Both the position numbers and the translations under genes were made by a program. A stretch of 64,000 bases of DNA from an uncultured Candidatus Rokubacteria bacterium (GTDB taxonomy: Bacteria; Methylomirabilota; Methylomirabilia; Rokubacteriales; CSP1-6), in the NCBI GenBank assembly GCA_963840495.1, contig CAWIZN010000044.1, forward strand, positions 194,055 through 258,054, written 5' to 3'. This document shows positions 18,061 to 28,100 of this stretch, piece after piece (the stretch's first letter is position 1; each line of letters opens with the position of its first letter). The notes under the pieces are model-generated. The model was given only the letters and a program-made list of their open reading frames with translations, ran no database searches and was not told where the DNA came from.

Positions 18061-19698
18061 CTACTCCGAGAGCCACACCGTGTCGAGCTGACTATTGATG
18101 TAGTGGCTCGGCGTTATCGTCCAGCCGCGCACCCGCGTGCTGTGCGGTACGATCCGGTGCCACTGGAGCGTGTAGATGTAGTGCGCCTCCTCGTCCAGGA
18201 GCCGCTTTTCGAAGGCTCGGATATGCCGCCGCCGTTGCTCAGGATCCACCGTGCGGCTCTGGAGCCGGTAGAGATCGTCCAGGACTGGATCGGTGTACCG
18301 GCTGTAGTTGGAGTCGCTCAGGTGTTGAGATTGGAACTTGTAGAGATCCAGGTCGGGATCGACGACGTAGCCGCACTGAAAATCGGTGCTGACATCGAAG
18401 TTGCCGGCGCGGAGATCCTTGAAATACAGGCCCGATTCCTGGATCTCCTGGCGCACCTTCAGCCCGATTTGACGCCACTGGTCCACGAGCCATGTGCCGA
18501 CGTACTCGTAGGGCATCGGGATGTTGCGGTTCTTCAGCACGAACGAAAACCCGTCGTCGACGCCGGTCTCGGCCAGCAAGCGTCGTGCCTCGGCCCGTGA
18601 TTTCCGGATGTCGCGCCAATAGCCGGCGAGCTTGACGAGCTCGGCGGGCGGGGTGGCGAACGGCGAGCTTGGGACCTGCACGCCGGCAACATCCCGGACG
18701 ATGGCGATCTTCGACAGCGCGCCGGCGGCCTGATAGCGATCGAGCGCGAGCGAGAGGGCCCGGCGCAGGCGCCGGTCGTCGAACGGCTTCTTCTCATGGT
18801 TGAGGGCGACGACCAGTCCGCAGTTCCACGGGCTCTCCTGCACGGTGACCTTATCGCCGAGCGTCCGGACGATGTCGTCTCGCTGCGCCGGCGAGAACCC
18901 GCGGAACTGAATATGAGCGCGCCCGGCTCTGATGGCGAACGCCTGAGCGGCGTCGTCGCGGACAAAGAGCGCCCGGTAGCCGTCGAGATAGGGTTTGCCG
19001 CTGTCCCAGTAGTGTGGGTTCCGTCGCCCGACCCAGTGGGAGCCTCTGACGTGTTCGACGAAGATGAAGGGGCCCGTCCCCATGATGTGCGTCTCGTACC
19101 AGCGAATATCCCGCTCGAGGATGTCCGCCTTATAAATCCAATTCCACGGCGATGCCAGCGAGTGGATGAACGAGGGCGATGGCCACTTGAGCTTGAACGC
19201 GACGAGGTACGGTTCAGGCGTCTGGATCGTCTCGATCTCGAGGTATTCGCCCTTGCGGACCGACGTGATCCCCGGCGGGGGATTGATGATCTTCTCGTAG
19301 GTGGCTCGCACGTCCCGCGAGGTCATCTCGCTCCCGTCGTGGAACTTCACCCCGCGACGGAGCTTGAGAATATACGTGCGCTTGTCAGATGAGACCGCCC
19401 ACGACTCGGCGAGGTCGCCGACGACACGGGTGCCGGTCCTGTCGACCGGGTCGATACGGAGCAACGTATTGTAGTGCGGCGCCGCCGGGTGGATCAGCGC
19501 AAAGGTTTCCTCCCGGTGGGCATCATATGAAGGCGGCTCGGCGGGGACGAGAAACGTGAGCTCGCCGCCGGCGCGGGGGATGGTAGGGGCGATGGCCGGC
19601 GACCTCTCCGCCGATGGCGGAGGCGGCGAGCCCTCGTGAGGGCGTCCGACGGTCGCATCAGGAACGTCCGTCTTCGTCGGCGGCGTGGTCCTGGGCAA
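18061..19698 (-). CDS. ABC-type substrate-binding protein, family 5 (peptide/nickel type) domain without its own signal peptide
   Basis: 545-aa ORF. The mature-domain start, ...RAGGELTFLVPAEPPSYDAHREETFALIHPAAPHYNTLLRIDPVDRTGT..., is collinear with the paralogue at 44132..45737. The N-terminal 45 aa are a Pro/Thr-rich linker with no hydrophobic leader. Confidence 0.8.
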   Translation of the reverse strand: MPRTTPPTKTDVPDATVGRPHEGSPPPPSAERSPAIAPTIPRAGGELTFLVPAEPPSYDAHREETFALIHPAAPHYNTLLRIDPVDRTGTRVVGDLAESWAVSSDKRTYILKLRRGVKFHDGSEMTSRDVRATYEKIINPPPGITSVRKGEYLEIETIQTPEPYLVAFKLKWPSPSFIHSLASPWNWIYKADILERDIRWYETHIMGTGPFIFVEHVRGSHWVGRRNPHYWDSGKPYLDGYRALFVRDDAAQAFAIRAGRAHIQFRGFSPAQRDDIVRTLGDKVTVQESPWNCGLVVALNHEKKPFDDRRLRRALSLALDRYQAAGALSKIAIVRDVAGVQVPSSPFATPPAELVKLAGYWRDIRKSRAEARRLLAETGVDDGFSFVLKNRNIPMPYEYVGTWLVDQWRQIGLKVRQEIQESGLYFKDLRAGNFDVSTDFQCGYVVDPDLDLYKFQSQHLSDSNYSRYTDPVLDDLYRLQSRTVDPEQRRRHIRAFEKRLLDEEAHYIYTLQWHRIVPHSTRVRGWTITPSHYINSQLDTVWLSE

Positions 19699-20381
19699 CG
19701 GCCGGAACCTCGATGCGTTCCGCCCCTGTGGCCTGCCTCGGTTTTGGTTCGAAGCGATGGCGGGGACGCGGCCCCTGGCCCGTATTGATCCGGTTTGAGT
19801 ACGTTCCGCCCCTGTTCATTGTCCCGTGGTGGGACCGCAGGTAGATTCTCGCCGCCGCTCGACGTCGCTATTGGGGTAGGGACCGAATCCCCGCCCTGAC
19901 TGCCGGCAGGTACTGCGACCATCGCACCGGCGCTTCTGTCCGCTCCCGGCCGCGCGCGCGACGGGACTCCACCAAACAACAGGGTGGCGCCGAAAACTCC
20001 GATGCCGATGGCCGCGCTCGCGGCCCCAAGCCACACCCACCGTCGCCGCGCAAGTCTACGACGCTCGCGCACTCGCCCGATCAGCTCGCGCGTTTTCTCG
20101 GACTCGTCCACAACCCGTTGTCCGTCCGCCATCCGAGGAAACGCGCCGAAGGATTCCGGTCCGGGCGCGCTCTTGTTCTCTGCCCGTCTCGCGGGTACCG
20201 ATGTTTCGGGTGTTGCCGGGACGGGCCCCGACGCGGGAATAGGAGGGCGGTCCGTCGATGCGCGGGACGGAGCGATGGGTGGAGTGGCGTGGGGTTGCTG
20301 GGAATCACGGAGTGCGGTCCCGCAGTTGCCGCAGAAGTTCGCTTCTTCTCGGTTGATCGCGTGACAACGGAGGCATTGCAT
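19494..20381 (-). CDS. zinc-ribbon + single-TM protein, probably the N-terminal part of the downstream SBP gene (frame break in linker)
   Basis: MQCLRCHAINREEANFCGNCGTAL (CxxC...CxxC zinc ribbon; ATG at 20381). After a Pro-rich spacer there is a charged stop-transfer plus TM helix, RRRLARRRWVWLGAASAAIGIGVFGATLLFGGV. The tail after ~19720 is Arg-rich and overlaps the SBP ORF out of frame. Confidence 0.55.
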   Translation of the reverse strand: MQCLRCHAINREEANFCGNCGTALRDSQQPHATPPIAPSRASTDRPPIPASGPVPATPETSVPARRAENKSAPGPESFGAFPRMADGQRVVDESEKTRELIGRVRERRRLARRRWVWLGAASAAIGIGVFGATLLFGGVPSRARPGADRSAGAMVAVPAGSQGGDSVPTPIATSSGGENLPAVPPRDNEQGRNVLKPDQYGPGAASPPSLRTKTEAGHRGGTHRGSGRCPGPRRRRRRTFLMRPSDALTRARRLRHRRRGRRPSPLPSPAPAASSRFSSPPSRLHMMPTGRKPLR

Positions 20382-20883
20382 CGGCAACTTGACGCCACAC
20401 ACATCGCAGAAGCGAGAATTCGGTGGATTACGGTGCCCGCAAGACGAATGTGGACTTCTCGAGACTCCGCCGCCTCTCTGCGTTCATCGCGATGCCCTCT
20501 CGTTACCGGCAGAGACCGAGCTGGTGTTCACGACGACCTCCAATATCTTGTCCATGTGTCCCTCCTGACCAAGACGCCGACATCTGCGCGGCGGCTTCGC
20601 CAGCTCCGGTACGCCGGAGCTTCCTCAGCCGAGCACCAGATAAAGCCCAACTCTGATCGTGCTCCCACTGCGATCCTGCTCCCGCGCCAAGGGCGTCGTC
20701 AAGGGCCGCGGCGGTCACTTGACACGCGTCTGCTTCAGGCAGAGTGTCGTGCCCGGACGACTCGCGTGGCGCCACGAACGATCAAGCCAGCCGCGAGGAG
20801 GCCTGCTGGCGGAGCAAGGAGGGAGGAGGAGGCGGATATCGAGAATCTCCGATGAGAACTCAACGACGAGAGGAGATTACAGG

Positions 20884-23004
20884 ATGCTACCGAACCGGCC
20901 CGACCTGTTCCGGCAATCCGTACTGCTCGGCATCACCGCGCTCGCGCTGCTGGCGTGGGCGCCGCCGACGCAAGCCCGCGTGACACGCATTATCATCGAC
21001 ACGAAGACGTCGCCCGCCTTCGGCGGCCAGTCCTTCGGTGCCGCCGGCCAGTACGAGACGCTGGCCGGCCGCGCCTTCGGCGAGCTCGATCCGGACGATC
21101 CGCACAACGCGATCATCCAGGACATCGACCTGGCGCCGAAGAACGCGAACGGCAACGTGGAGTACATGGCCACGTTCTTCCTGGTCAAGCCGATCGACAT
21201 GTCGAAGAGCAGCCGCCTGATGTGGCACGACGTGCCGAACCGCGGCGGCCGGCTCACGCATCGCGGCCGCCAGCCGCGATGGACGGCGACGTCGGGCTTG
21301 AGCAGCGGGTGGCAAGGTGACAACTCGGGCGCGACGGTGCCCGGGCCCAACAACGACTACGTCGTGGTGCCCATCGCGAAGAATCCGGACGGCTCGTCGA
21401 TCACCGGGCTCAGTCCTGGGGCGAATCGTCAACGCGAGCGGCGTCGATTCGCAGCGGATGTTCGTGCACACGAACCCGGTGCCGTATCGGCCGGTCGACC
21501 CTCGATACGACGCAGGCCACCCTGACCACGCATGCCTCCGAGACCATCGAGGGCAAGATCGGCGAAGACGGCCAAGATACGCGACACCGACTGGGCCTGG
21601 GCGAGCTGCAGCGCAGCCAACCCGTTTCCGGGGACGCCCGACCCGACCCAGATCTGCCTCAAGAACGGCTTCGATCCGGCGCTGCTCTATCAGGTGGTGT
21701 TCACGGCCAAGGATCCCTATGTGCTCGGCGTCGGGCTTCGCCGCGTTCCGCGACGTCGCGTCCTTCTTCAAGAACGCAGCCCAAGACGACGTCGGTACGC
21801 CCAACCCGCTGGCCGGCGAGCATCTCGTGGGTCATCGGCCGCGGGTGTTCGCAGTCGGGGAACTTCCTCAGAGGCTTTCTGCACCTCGGCTTCAACCAGG
21901 ACGAAGCCGGGCGGCAGGTGTACGACGGCGCCTGGCCGATCATCGCCGGGCCGGCGCATCGCCCTGAATTTCCGCTTCGCCATGCCCGACGGCGTGCTGA
22001 AGCTGTACGAGCCGGGCAGCGAGGGCCCGCAGTGGTGGGTGCCGTGGCCCGATCCGGTGCGCGATCTGCCGACGAGGGGCATCCTCGATCGCTGCACCGC
22101 CAGCCACACGTGCCCGAAGGTCGTCGAGCACTTCGGCGCGGCGGAGGTCTGGGGCGCTGAAGCTGACGCCCGGAATGGGTGGGCACGAAGGCCGATGCCG
22201 ACATCCCGCTGACCGACGAAGTCCGCCGGTACTACATCCCCAGCACCCAGCACGGCGGCGGGAACGGCGGCTTCAACGTCAATCCGCTGCCGCCCGCCGA
22301 ATTGCCCCAGCACCGAACTACGGTCAGGGCACGTTCGCCGCCAATCCGGTCCCGCACACGCGAGACGGTCAACGCGATACGGGTCCATTTCCGCAACTGG
22401 GTCATGCACGGGACACCCCGCCCCCGAGCCGCTACCCGCTGCTGGGCGGTCACAGTGGGCCCGACGGCAACCTGGTCGACGCGACGAAGAAGGACATGGG
22501 GTTCCCGACCATCCCGGGCGTGCCGCCGTCGGCGCCGACCGGCTTGATCAACCCGGTCCTTCGAGTACGACTTCGGCCCCGATTTCGACTACAGCGACGC
22601 ATCGGGCGTCCAGACGGTGGTGCCGCCGAAGATCAAGAAGGTCATTCGAATGCTCGTCCCGAGAGTGGATGCCGACGGCAACGAGCTCGGCGGGGTGCCG
22701 GTGGTGCTGCGGGATGCGCCGCTCGGCACGTATCTGGGATGGAACATCACCGCGGCAGGGTTCCACAAGGGCAAGATCTGCAACTATGCCGGAGGCATGA
22801 TCCCGTTCGCGAAGACGCAGGCTGAGCGGGTGGCCAGCGGCGACCCGCGCCTGTCCCTGGAAGAGCGGTACGGGGACTCACGCGGGCTACGTCGCCGCGG
22901 TGCAGGCGGCCGCGGCCAAGGCGGTCGCTCAGGGCTTCCTGCTGCAGAGCGACGCGGATGCGCTCATCGCGCAGGCCGCCGCGAGCAACGTGCTGAATCC
23001 GTAG
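20884..23004 (+). pseudogene. secreted protein of unknown function (alpha/beta-hydrolase-domain-like family, by recollection), heavily frameshifted
   Basis: ATG at 20884 after GAGGAG, with a signal peptide MLPNRPDLFRQSVLLGITALALLAWAPPTQA. Protein-like segments alternate among all three frames. Examples are ...VTRIIIDTKTSPAFGGQSFGAAGQYETLAGRAFGELDPDDPHNAIIQDIDLAPKNANGNVEYMATFFLVKP..., ...ISWVIGRG.SQSGNFLRGFLHLGFNQDEAGRQVYDGAWPIIAG..., ...RRIALNFRFAMPDGVLKLYEPGSEGPQWWVPWPDPV..., ...VVPPKIKKVIRMLVPRVDADGNELGGVPVVLRDAPLGTYLGWNITAAGFHKGKICNYAGGMIPFAKTQAERVASGDPRLSLEERYG... and the C-terminal end ...LIAQAAASNVLNP* (TAG 23002-23004). I traced about 12 frame changes. Confidence 0.6.
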
Positions 23005-23034
23005 GACCAGCTCGGAAGCCCGCATCGAGCCGCG

Positions 23035-23072
23035 GGGGCGCGTGTCGCGAGGCACGCGCCCCGGCGTTTTTT
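23035..23072 (+). terminator. rho-independent terminator
   Basis: A GC stem, ggggcgcgtg (23035-23044) paired with cacgcgcccc (23053-23062), has an 8-nt loop and is followed by a T-run (tttttt, 23067-23072). It lies 30 nt after the upstream stop codon. Confidence 0.7.
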
Positions 23073-23078
23073 GGGCCG

Positions 23079-23107
23079 TTGACTACTCAACAAATGACGT
23101 GTAGTTT
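23079..23107 (+). promoter_or_regulatory. sigma70-type promoter TTGACT-N17-TAGTTT with overlapping palindrome (candidate SOS operator) upstream of imuA
   Basis: TTGACT at 23079-23084 and TAGTTT at 23102-23107. The inverted repeat ACTAC-N14-GTAGT (23082-23105) spans the spacer. This patch is AT-rich in an otherwise GC-rich genome. Confidence 0.6.
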
Positions 23108-23135
23108 AGGCTCACTCGGACAACGGCTCGATCAC

Positions 23136-23759
23136 ATGGCTATCTCGGTGGAATCCTTGCCCCCGCCAGGGTGGGACCCTCGAGGGATAGATCTCTTGCT
23201 CAGCGCTTTCCCCGCGGGAAGGCTCAGCGAGATCGTCGGTCCCCGGTCCTCCGGAGGCAGCAGCCTGCTCCTGGCCTTGCTCGCCCGCGCCACGGCGGCG
23301 GGCGGCCAGGTCGCGCTGGTCGATGCCGCCGACGCGCTCGATGCCGCCTCGGCCATGGCGTCGGGCGTGGAGCTCTCGCGCCTGCTGTGGGTGAAGTGCG
23401 GCGGGCGGCTCGAGTCGGCCCTTCGCGCCGCCGATCTCCTCGCCCGCTGTCCGGGCTTCGCGGTGGTGGCGCTCGATCTCGGCGAGGGGCCGCTCACCCG
23501 GGATCATGGCGTCTCGTCCTCGCTCGGCCTCAGGCTGCAGCGCGCGGTGGAGGGGACGTCCGCCATCCTGGTCCTCCGCGTCCCGCATCGCCTGACCGGT
23601 AGCGCCGCGGCCCTCGTGGTCGAGCTGCATCGGCGGCAGGCGCGATGGATGGGCGTGCCGCGTCCCACCCGCCTCGCGGGCCTGGATTCCGAGGCCCGGA
23701 TCCTCCGCTCTCGCTCGGGGGGCGCGCCGGGCGCGTGGGCGATCGAGTGGCGGCTATGA
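23136..23759 (+). CDS. imuA: ImuA-like RecA-fold/SulA-like protein of the mutasome cassette
   Basis: ATG at 23136 (in frame within track ORF 22617..23759): ...[62 protein letters not shown]...GFAVVALDLGEG... This is the ImuA pattern. Its stop overlaps the imuB start (ATGA at 23756-23759). Confidence 0.75.
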   Translation: MAISVESLPPPGWDPRGIDLLLSAFPAGRLSEIVGPRSSGGSSLLLALLARATAAGGQVALVDAADALDAASAMASGVELSRLLWVKCGGRLESALRAADLLARCPGFAVVALDLGEGPLTRDHGVSSSLGLRLQRAVEGTSAILVLRVPHRLTGSAAALVVELHRRQARWMGVPRPTRLAGLDSEARILRSRSGGAPGAWAIEWRL

Positions 23760-25046
23760 GGCGCATCGCCTGTCTCCTCGTCCATGAGCCGGCGGCGGTG
23801 CCACCCGCCTCGCGCGAGCTGCTCGAGGTCGCGCTCGCCCACTCGCCACGAGTGGAGGAAGGCGGCGCCGATCACGTGTATCTCGACGCCACCGGGCTCC
23901 GCGGGCTCTTTGGCAGCGAGGAGCAGCTCGCCCGGCGTCTCGTGGCGGCGGCGGGCGAGCGCGGGCAGGGGATCCGGGTGGGCATCGCGGGCAGCCGGAT
24001 CAGCGCGCGCTTCGCCTGCCGCTTGCGCGATGGCATCACCGTCGTCGAGCCCGAGGGCGATGCGGCGTATCTGGCGCCGGCTCCGGTGGCGCTCCTCGAT
24101 CTCTCCCCCGAGATGGCGGCGCGGCTCGACCGCTGGGGCATCCGCACCCTGGGCGAGCTGGCCGCCCTGCCCCCCGCCGCGCTCTTCGAGCGCCTCGGCG
24201 GTGAAGGGCCGCGCTTGCAGCAGCTCGCGCGGGGCGAGGATCCCCGCCCGCTCCGCCCCTGGGCGCCGCCGCCGATCCTCGAGGAGACGGCGGCGCTCGA
24301 CGATGCGGTGGAGGCGCTCGGGCCGCTCGTCGAGCTGCTGGCGACGCTCGCCGGGCGGATCTGCGATCAGCTCGCCCGGCGCGGGCGCTCGGCGGATCAG
24401 TTCGAGTGGGTCTGCCACCTGGCCGATCGCCGCCGTCACGAGGGAAGCTGCGTGCCGGCCGTTCCCCTGAGCGAGCGCGCGGCCGTCACGGCGCTGCTCC
24501 GGGCCTCCCTCGAAGCCCATCCCCCCGGCGGCGCGGTGGTGGCGGTGACGCTCCGGGCGCGGCCGGTGCGGGTCCCCGCCGCGCAGACGTCACTGGGCGA
24601 TCCCTCGCGCCCGAGCCCGCGGCTCGTCACGGCGACGCTCGCCCGGCTCGCCGCCCTGGTCGGCGCGCAGCAGATCGGCGTCCCCGTGCCGCTCGACAGC
24701 CATCGCCCCGACGCGGTCGAGCTCGCGCCCTATCAGTGTCCCCGACGCATTCCTCGACGAGCACAGCGGGCCGGGGGAAGGAGTCCGCGCGGCGCTCGCC
24801 TTGCGCCGCTTCCGCCCGCCGCTTCCCGCCAGCGTCACGCTGGTCGCCGGCCGCCCGGTCGAGCTTCGCTCGCGGCGGCTCGCCGCGCGGATCGTCATCA
24901 GCGCGGGGCCGTGGCGCGTGTCGGGGGAGTGGTGGACCGAGCGCCCCTGGCTGCACGACGAATGGGACGTGGAGCTGGGCGAGGGCGTGATCTGCCGGCT
25001 CACTCAAGACGGCTCCGCCTGGTGGCTCGACGGCATCTACGACTGA
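23756..25046 (+). pseudogene. imuB: ImuB, Y-family-polymerase-like mutasome subunit, one frameshift
   Basis: MRRIACLLVHEPAAVPPASRELLEVALAHSPRVEEGGADHVYLDATGLRGLFGSEEQLARRLV...LDLSPEMAARLDRWGIRTLGELAALPPAALFERLG... is the ImuB/DinB-like fold without catalytic acidic residues checked. The C-terminus is in track ORF 24801..25046 (...AGPWRVSGEWWTERPWLHDEWDVELGEGVICRLTQDGSAWWLDGIYD*). The shift is near 24735. Confidence 0.8.
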
Positions 25047-25139
25047 GCCCGCATCGAATGACTCTCGCAGAATTCTGCCAACGCCATGGGACGCGTATCG
25101 TCCCACCGTTGGGGCTGGTCTGATCCGCGGGGCTCAGGG

Positions 25140-28100
25140 ATGTACGTCGAGCTGCACGCCCGGAGCGCCTTCAGCTTTCTCGAGGCGACGCCCTTGCCGG
25201 AGGCCCTGGCCGAGCGGGCGGCGCAGCTCGAGCAGCCCGCCGTGGCGCTCGTCGACGCCGACGGCCTCTACGGCGCGCCCCAGCTCTACCGCGCGTGCAC
25301 GCGCCTCGGCCTCAAGGCCATCGTCGGCGCCGAGGTGACGCTCGACGGCGGCGGTCGGCTCCCGCTCCTGGTCGAGGACCGCGAGGGGTACAAGAACCTC
25401 TGCCGGCTCTTGACCCGCATCAAGATGCGCGCGCCCAAGGGCGAGGGCGCGGCCACCGTCGACGATCTCGTCGAGCACGCGGCGGGGCTGGTCTGCCTCA
25501 CGGGCGGCGCCGGGGGCCCGGTGGCGGCGCACCTGGCCCGGGGTGACGACGGAGGGCGCGGGCGATCTCCTCCAGCGCCTGGTGACCGTCTACGGCCGCT
25601 TCAACGTCCACGTCGAGCTGCAGCGCCATCTGTCCCGCGCCCAGGAGGCGCAGAACGACTGGCTGCGCGCGCGGGCGTCCGGCCTCCGCCTGCCGCTCGT
25701 CGCCACCAATGCGCCCCGGCTCGTCGCCCGCGAGGACCGGCCGCTGCTCGACGTCTTGACGTGCATCCGGGAGCACACGACCCTCGATGCCGCGGGGCGG
25801 CTCCTCTCGCAGAACAGCGAGCGCTTCATGAAGAGCGGGCGGGTGATGGAGCGGCTCTTCGCGGACTGCCCGGAAGCCGTGGCGAACGCAGGCGAGCTGT
25901 CGCTCCGGCTCGGCTTCACCCTCAAGGACCTCGGCTACCAGTTCCCCGACTATCCGCTGCCGCCGGGCGAGACGCCCATCGGCTACCTCCGCGCGCTCTC
26001 GGAGGCGGGCGCGCGCACGCGCTACGGCACGGGGCCGCTCGCGGAGCAAGGCCCGCCGCCAGATCGCGCACGAGCTCGACGTGATCGGGCGCCTCGATCT
26101 GGCCGGCTACTTCCTCATCGTCTGGGACCTGGTCCAGTACTGCGGCCGGAACGAGATCCTCGTGCAGGGGCGGGGCTCGGCGGCCAATAGCGCCGTGTGC
26201 TACGCGCTCGGGCTCACCGCCGTCGATCCGGTGGGGATGGAGCTGCTCTTCGAGCGCTTCCTCTCCGAGGAGCGCGGGGAGTGGCCGGACATCGACCTCG
26301 ACCTGCCGAGCGGCGACCGCCGCGAGAAGGTCATCCAGTACGTCTACGAGCGCTATGGCCGCCTCGGCGCGGCGATGACCGCCAACGTCATCACCTATCG
26401 CGGCCGGAGCGCGGCGCGGGAGGTCGGCAAGGCGCTCGCGCTGCCCGCCGATCTCATCGAGCGGCTGTCCCAGCTCGTCAGCAACTGGGAGTACAAGGAC
26501 CCCGGCGATACGCTCACCGCGCATCTCGGCGAGGCCGGCTGCGATCCCGGCGACCTGCGCATCCAGCACTTCGCGCGCGTGTGGACGGCGATCCAGGACC
26601 TGCCGCGGCATCTCGGCCAGCACTCCGGCGGCATGGTGATCTGTCAGGGACGACTCGATAGCGTGGTGCCGCTCGAGCCCGCCACCATGCCGGGCCGCTC
26701 GGTGATCCAGTGGGACAAGGACGACTGCGCCGCCCTCGGCATCGTCAAGGTGGACCTCCTCGGCCTCGGCATGATGGCGCTCCTGGAAGACGCGCTCGAG
26801 ATGATCCGCCGCGCGCGGCGGCTCGGTCGACCTCGCCCATCTGCCCCAGGACCGCGAGGTGTACGAGATGCTGAAGAAGGCCGACACCATCGGCGTCTTC
26901 CAGGTCGAGAGCCGCGCCCAGATGGCCACCTTGCCGCGCCTGCGGCCCGAGTGCTTCTACGACCTCGTGGTGCAGGTGGCGATCATCCGGCCGGGCCCCA
27001 TCGTCGGCGACATGGTGCACCCCTATCTCCGCCGCCGCGCCGGGCGCGAGAAGCCGACGGTGCCCCATCCCGCCCTCGAGGAGATCTTGAAGCGCACGCT
27101 CGGCGTGCCCCTCTTCCAGGAGCAGCTCCTGCGCATGGCCATGGCGACGGCGGGCTTCACCGGCGGCGAGGCCGAGGAATTGCGGCGCGCCTTCGGCTTC
27201 AAGCGCTCCGAGCGCGCCATGAAGGCCGTGGAGACAAAGCTCCGCGCCGGCATGACCCGCCAGGGCATCGTGGGCGAGCAGGCCGAGAGCATCATCCGCT
27301 CCATCACCGCCTTCGCGCTCTACGGGTTTCCGGAATGCGTCGTCGGCGAGACCCGGGTGATCGACGCCGACACCGGCGGATGGGTGAGGATCGAGGACAT
27401 CGTGAACGGACGCGTGCGCGTCGAGCACACGCTCGCCTGCGACCCGGACATGAAGCTGCGCAAGCGCCGCGTGCTCGCCGCCACGTCGAGCGGCCCGCGG
27501 ATGGTCTATCGCCTGCGCACCGCGCTCGGCCGGGAGCTGTTGGCGACGCCCGAGCATCCGTTGCTCACGATGGACGGCTGGCGCCCCCTGGGAGCCCTCA
27601 AGGAGGGAGACCATATTGCGGCATCGCGTGAGCTTGCACCCCTCGGTCGCAAACGCTGGCCTCAGTACCGGCTCATCGTGCTCGCCGATCTCATCGCCGA
27701 AGGCAATCTGTGTCATCCGAGCACACTGTACTTCTACACGACGGATCCTCAGTATCGAGACGAATTTGTGAGCGCTGTCGAGAGATTCGAGAACACACGA
27801 GCAACCATAGCCTTCACAAGAAAACTGCTACAGCGTGCATGTCCGGCGGGCCGACGCCACGAGGCCGATCGGAGTAGTCGAATGGGTGAAGCAGCTTGGA
27901 ATTTGGGGGGACGGCGCGCGCACGAAGCATCTACCAGAGGAAATATTCCTCCTGCGAAGCAGCGATCTCGGTCTGCTGCTTGCTCGGCTGTGGGAAGGCG
28001 ACGGATCTTTGTCGCTCGCTGGCCATGCTTCGTACGACACTGTATCGCGCCGACTCGCTCAGGAAATCCAACACCTGCTCCTGCGAATGGGAATTGTGTC

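Noticed and set aside
23082-23105. Canonical LexA box in the imuA promoter
   Set aside because: The palindrome ACTAC-N14-GTAGT does not match the LexA consensus motifs I know for E. coli-type, Gram-positive, alpha- or delta-proteobacterial lineages. It is retained only as a candidate lineage-specific operator.
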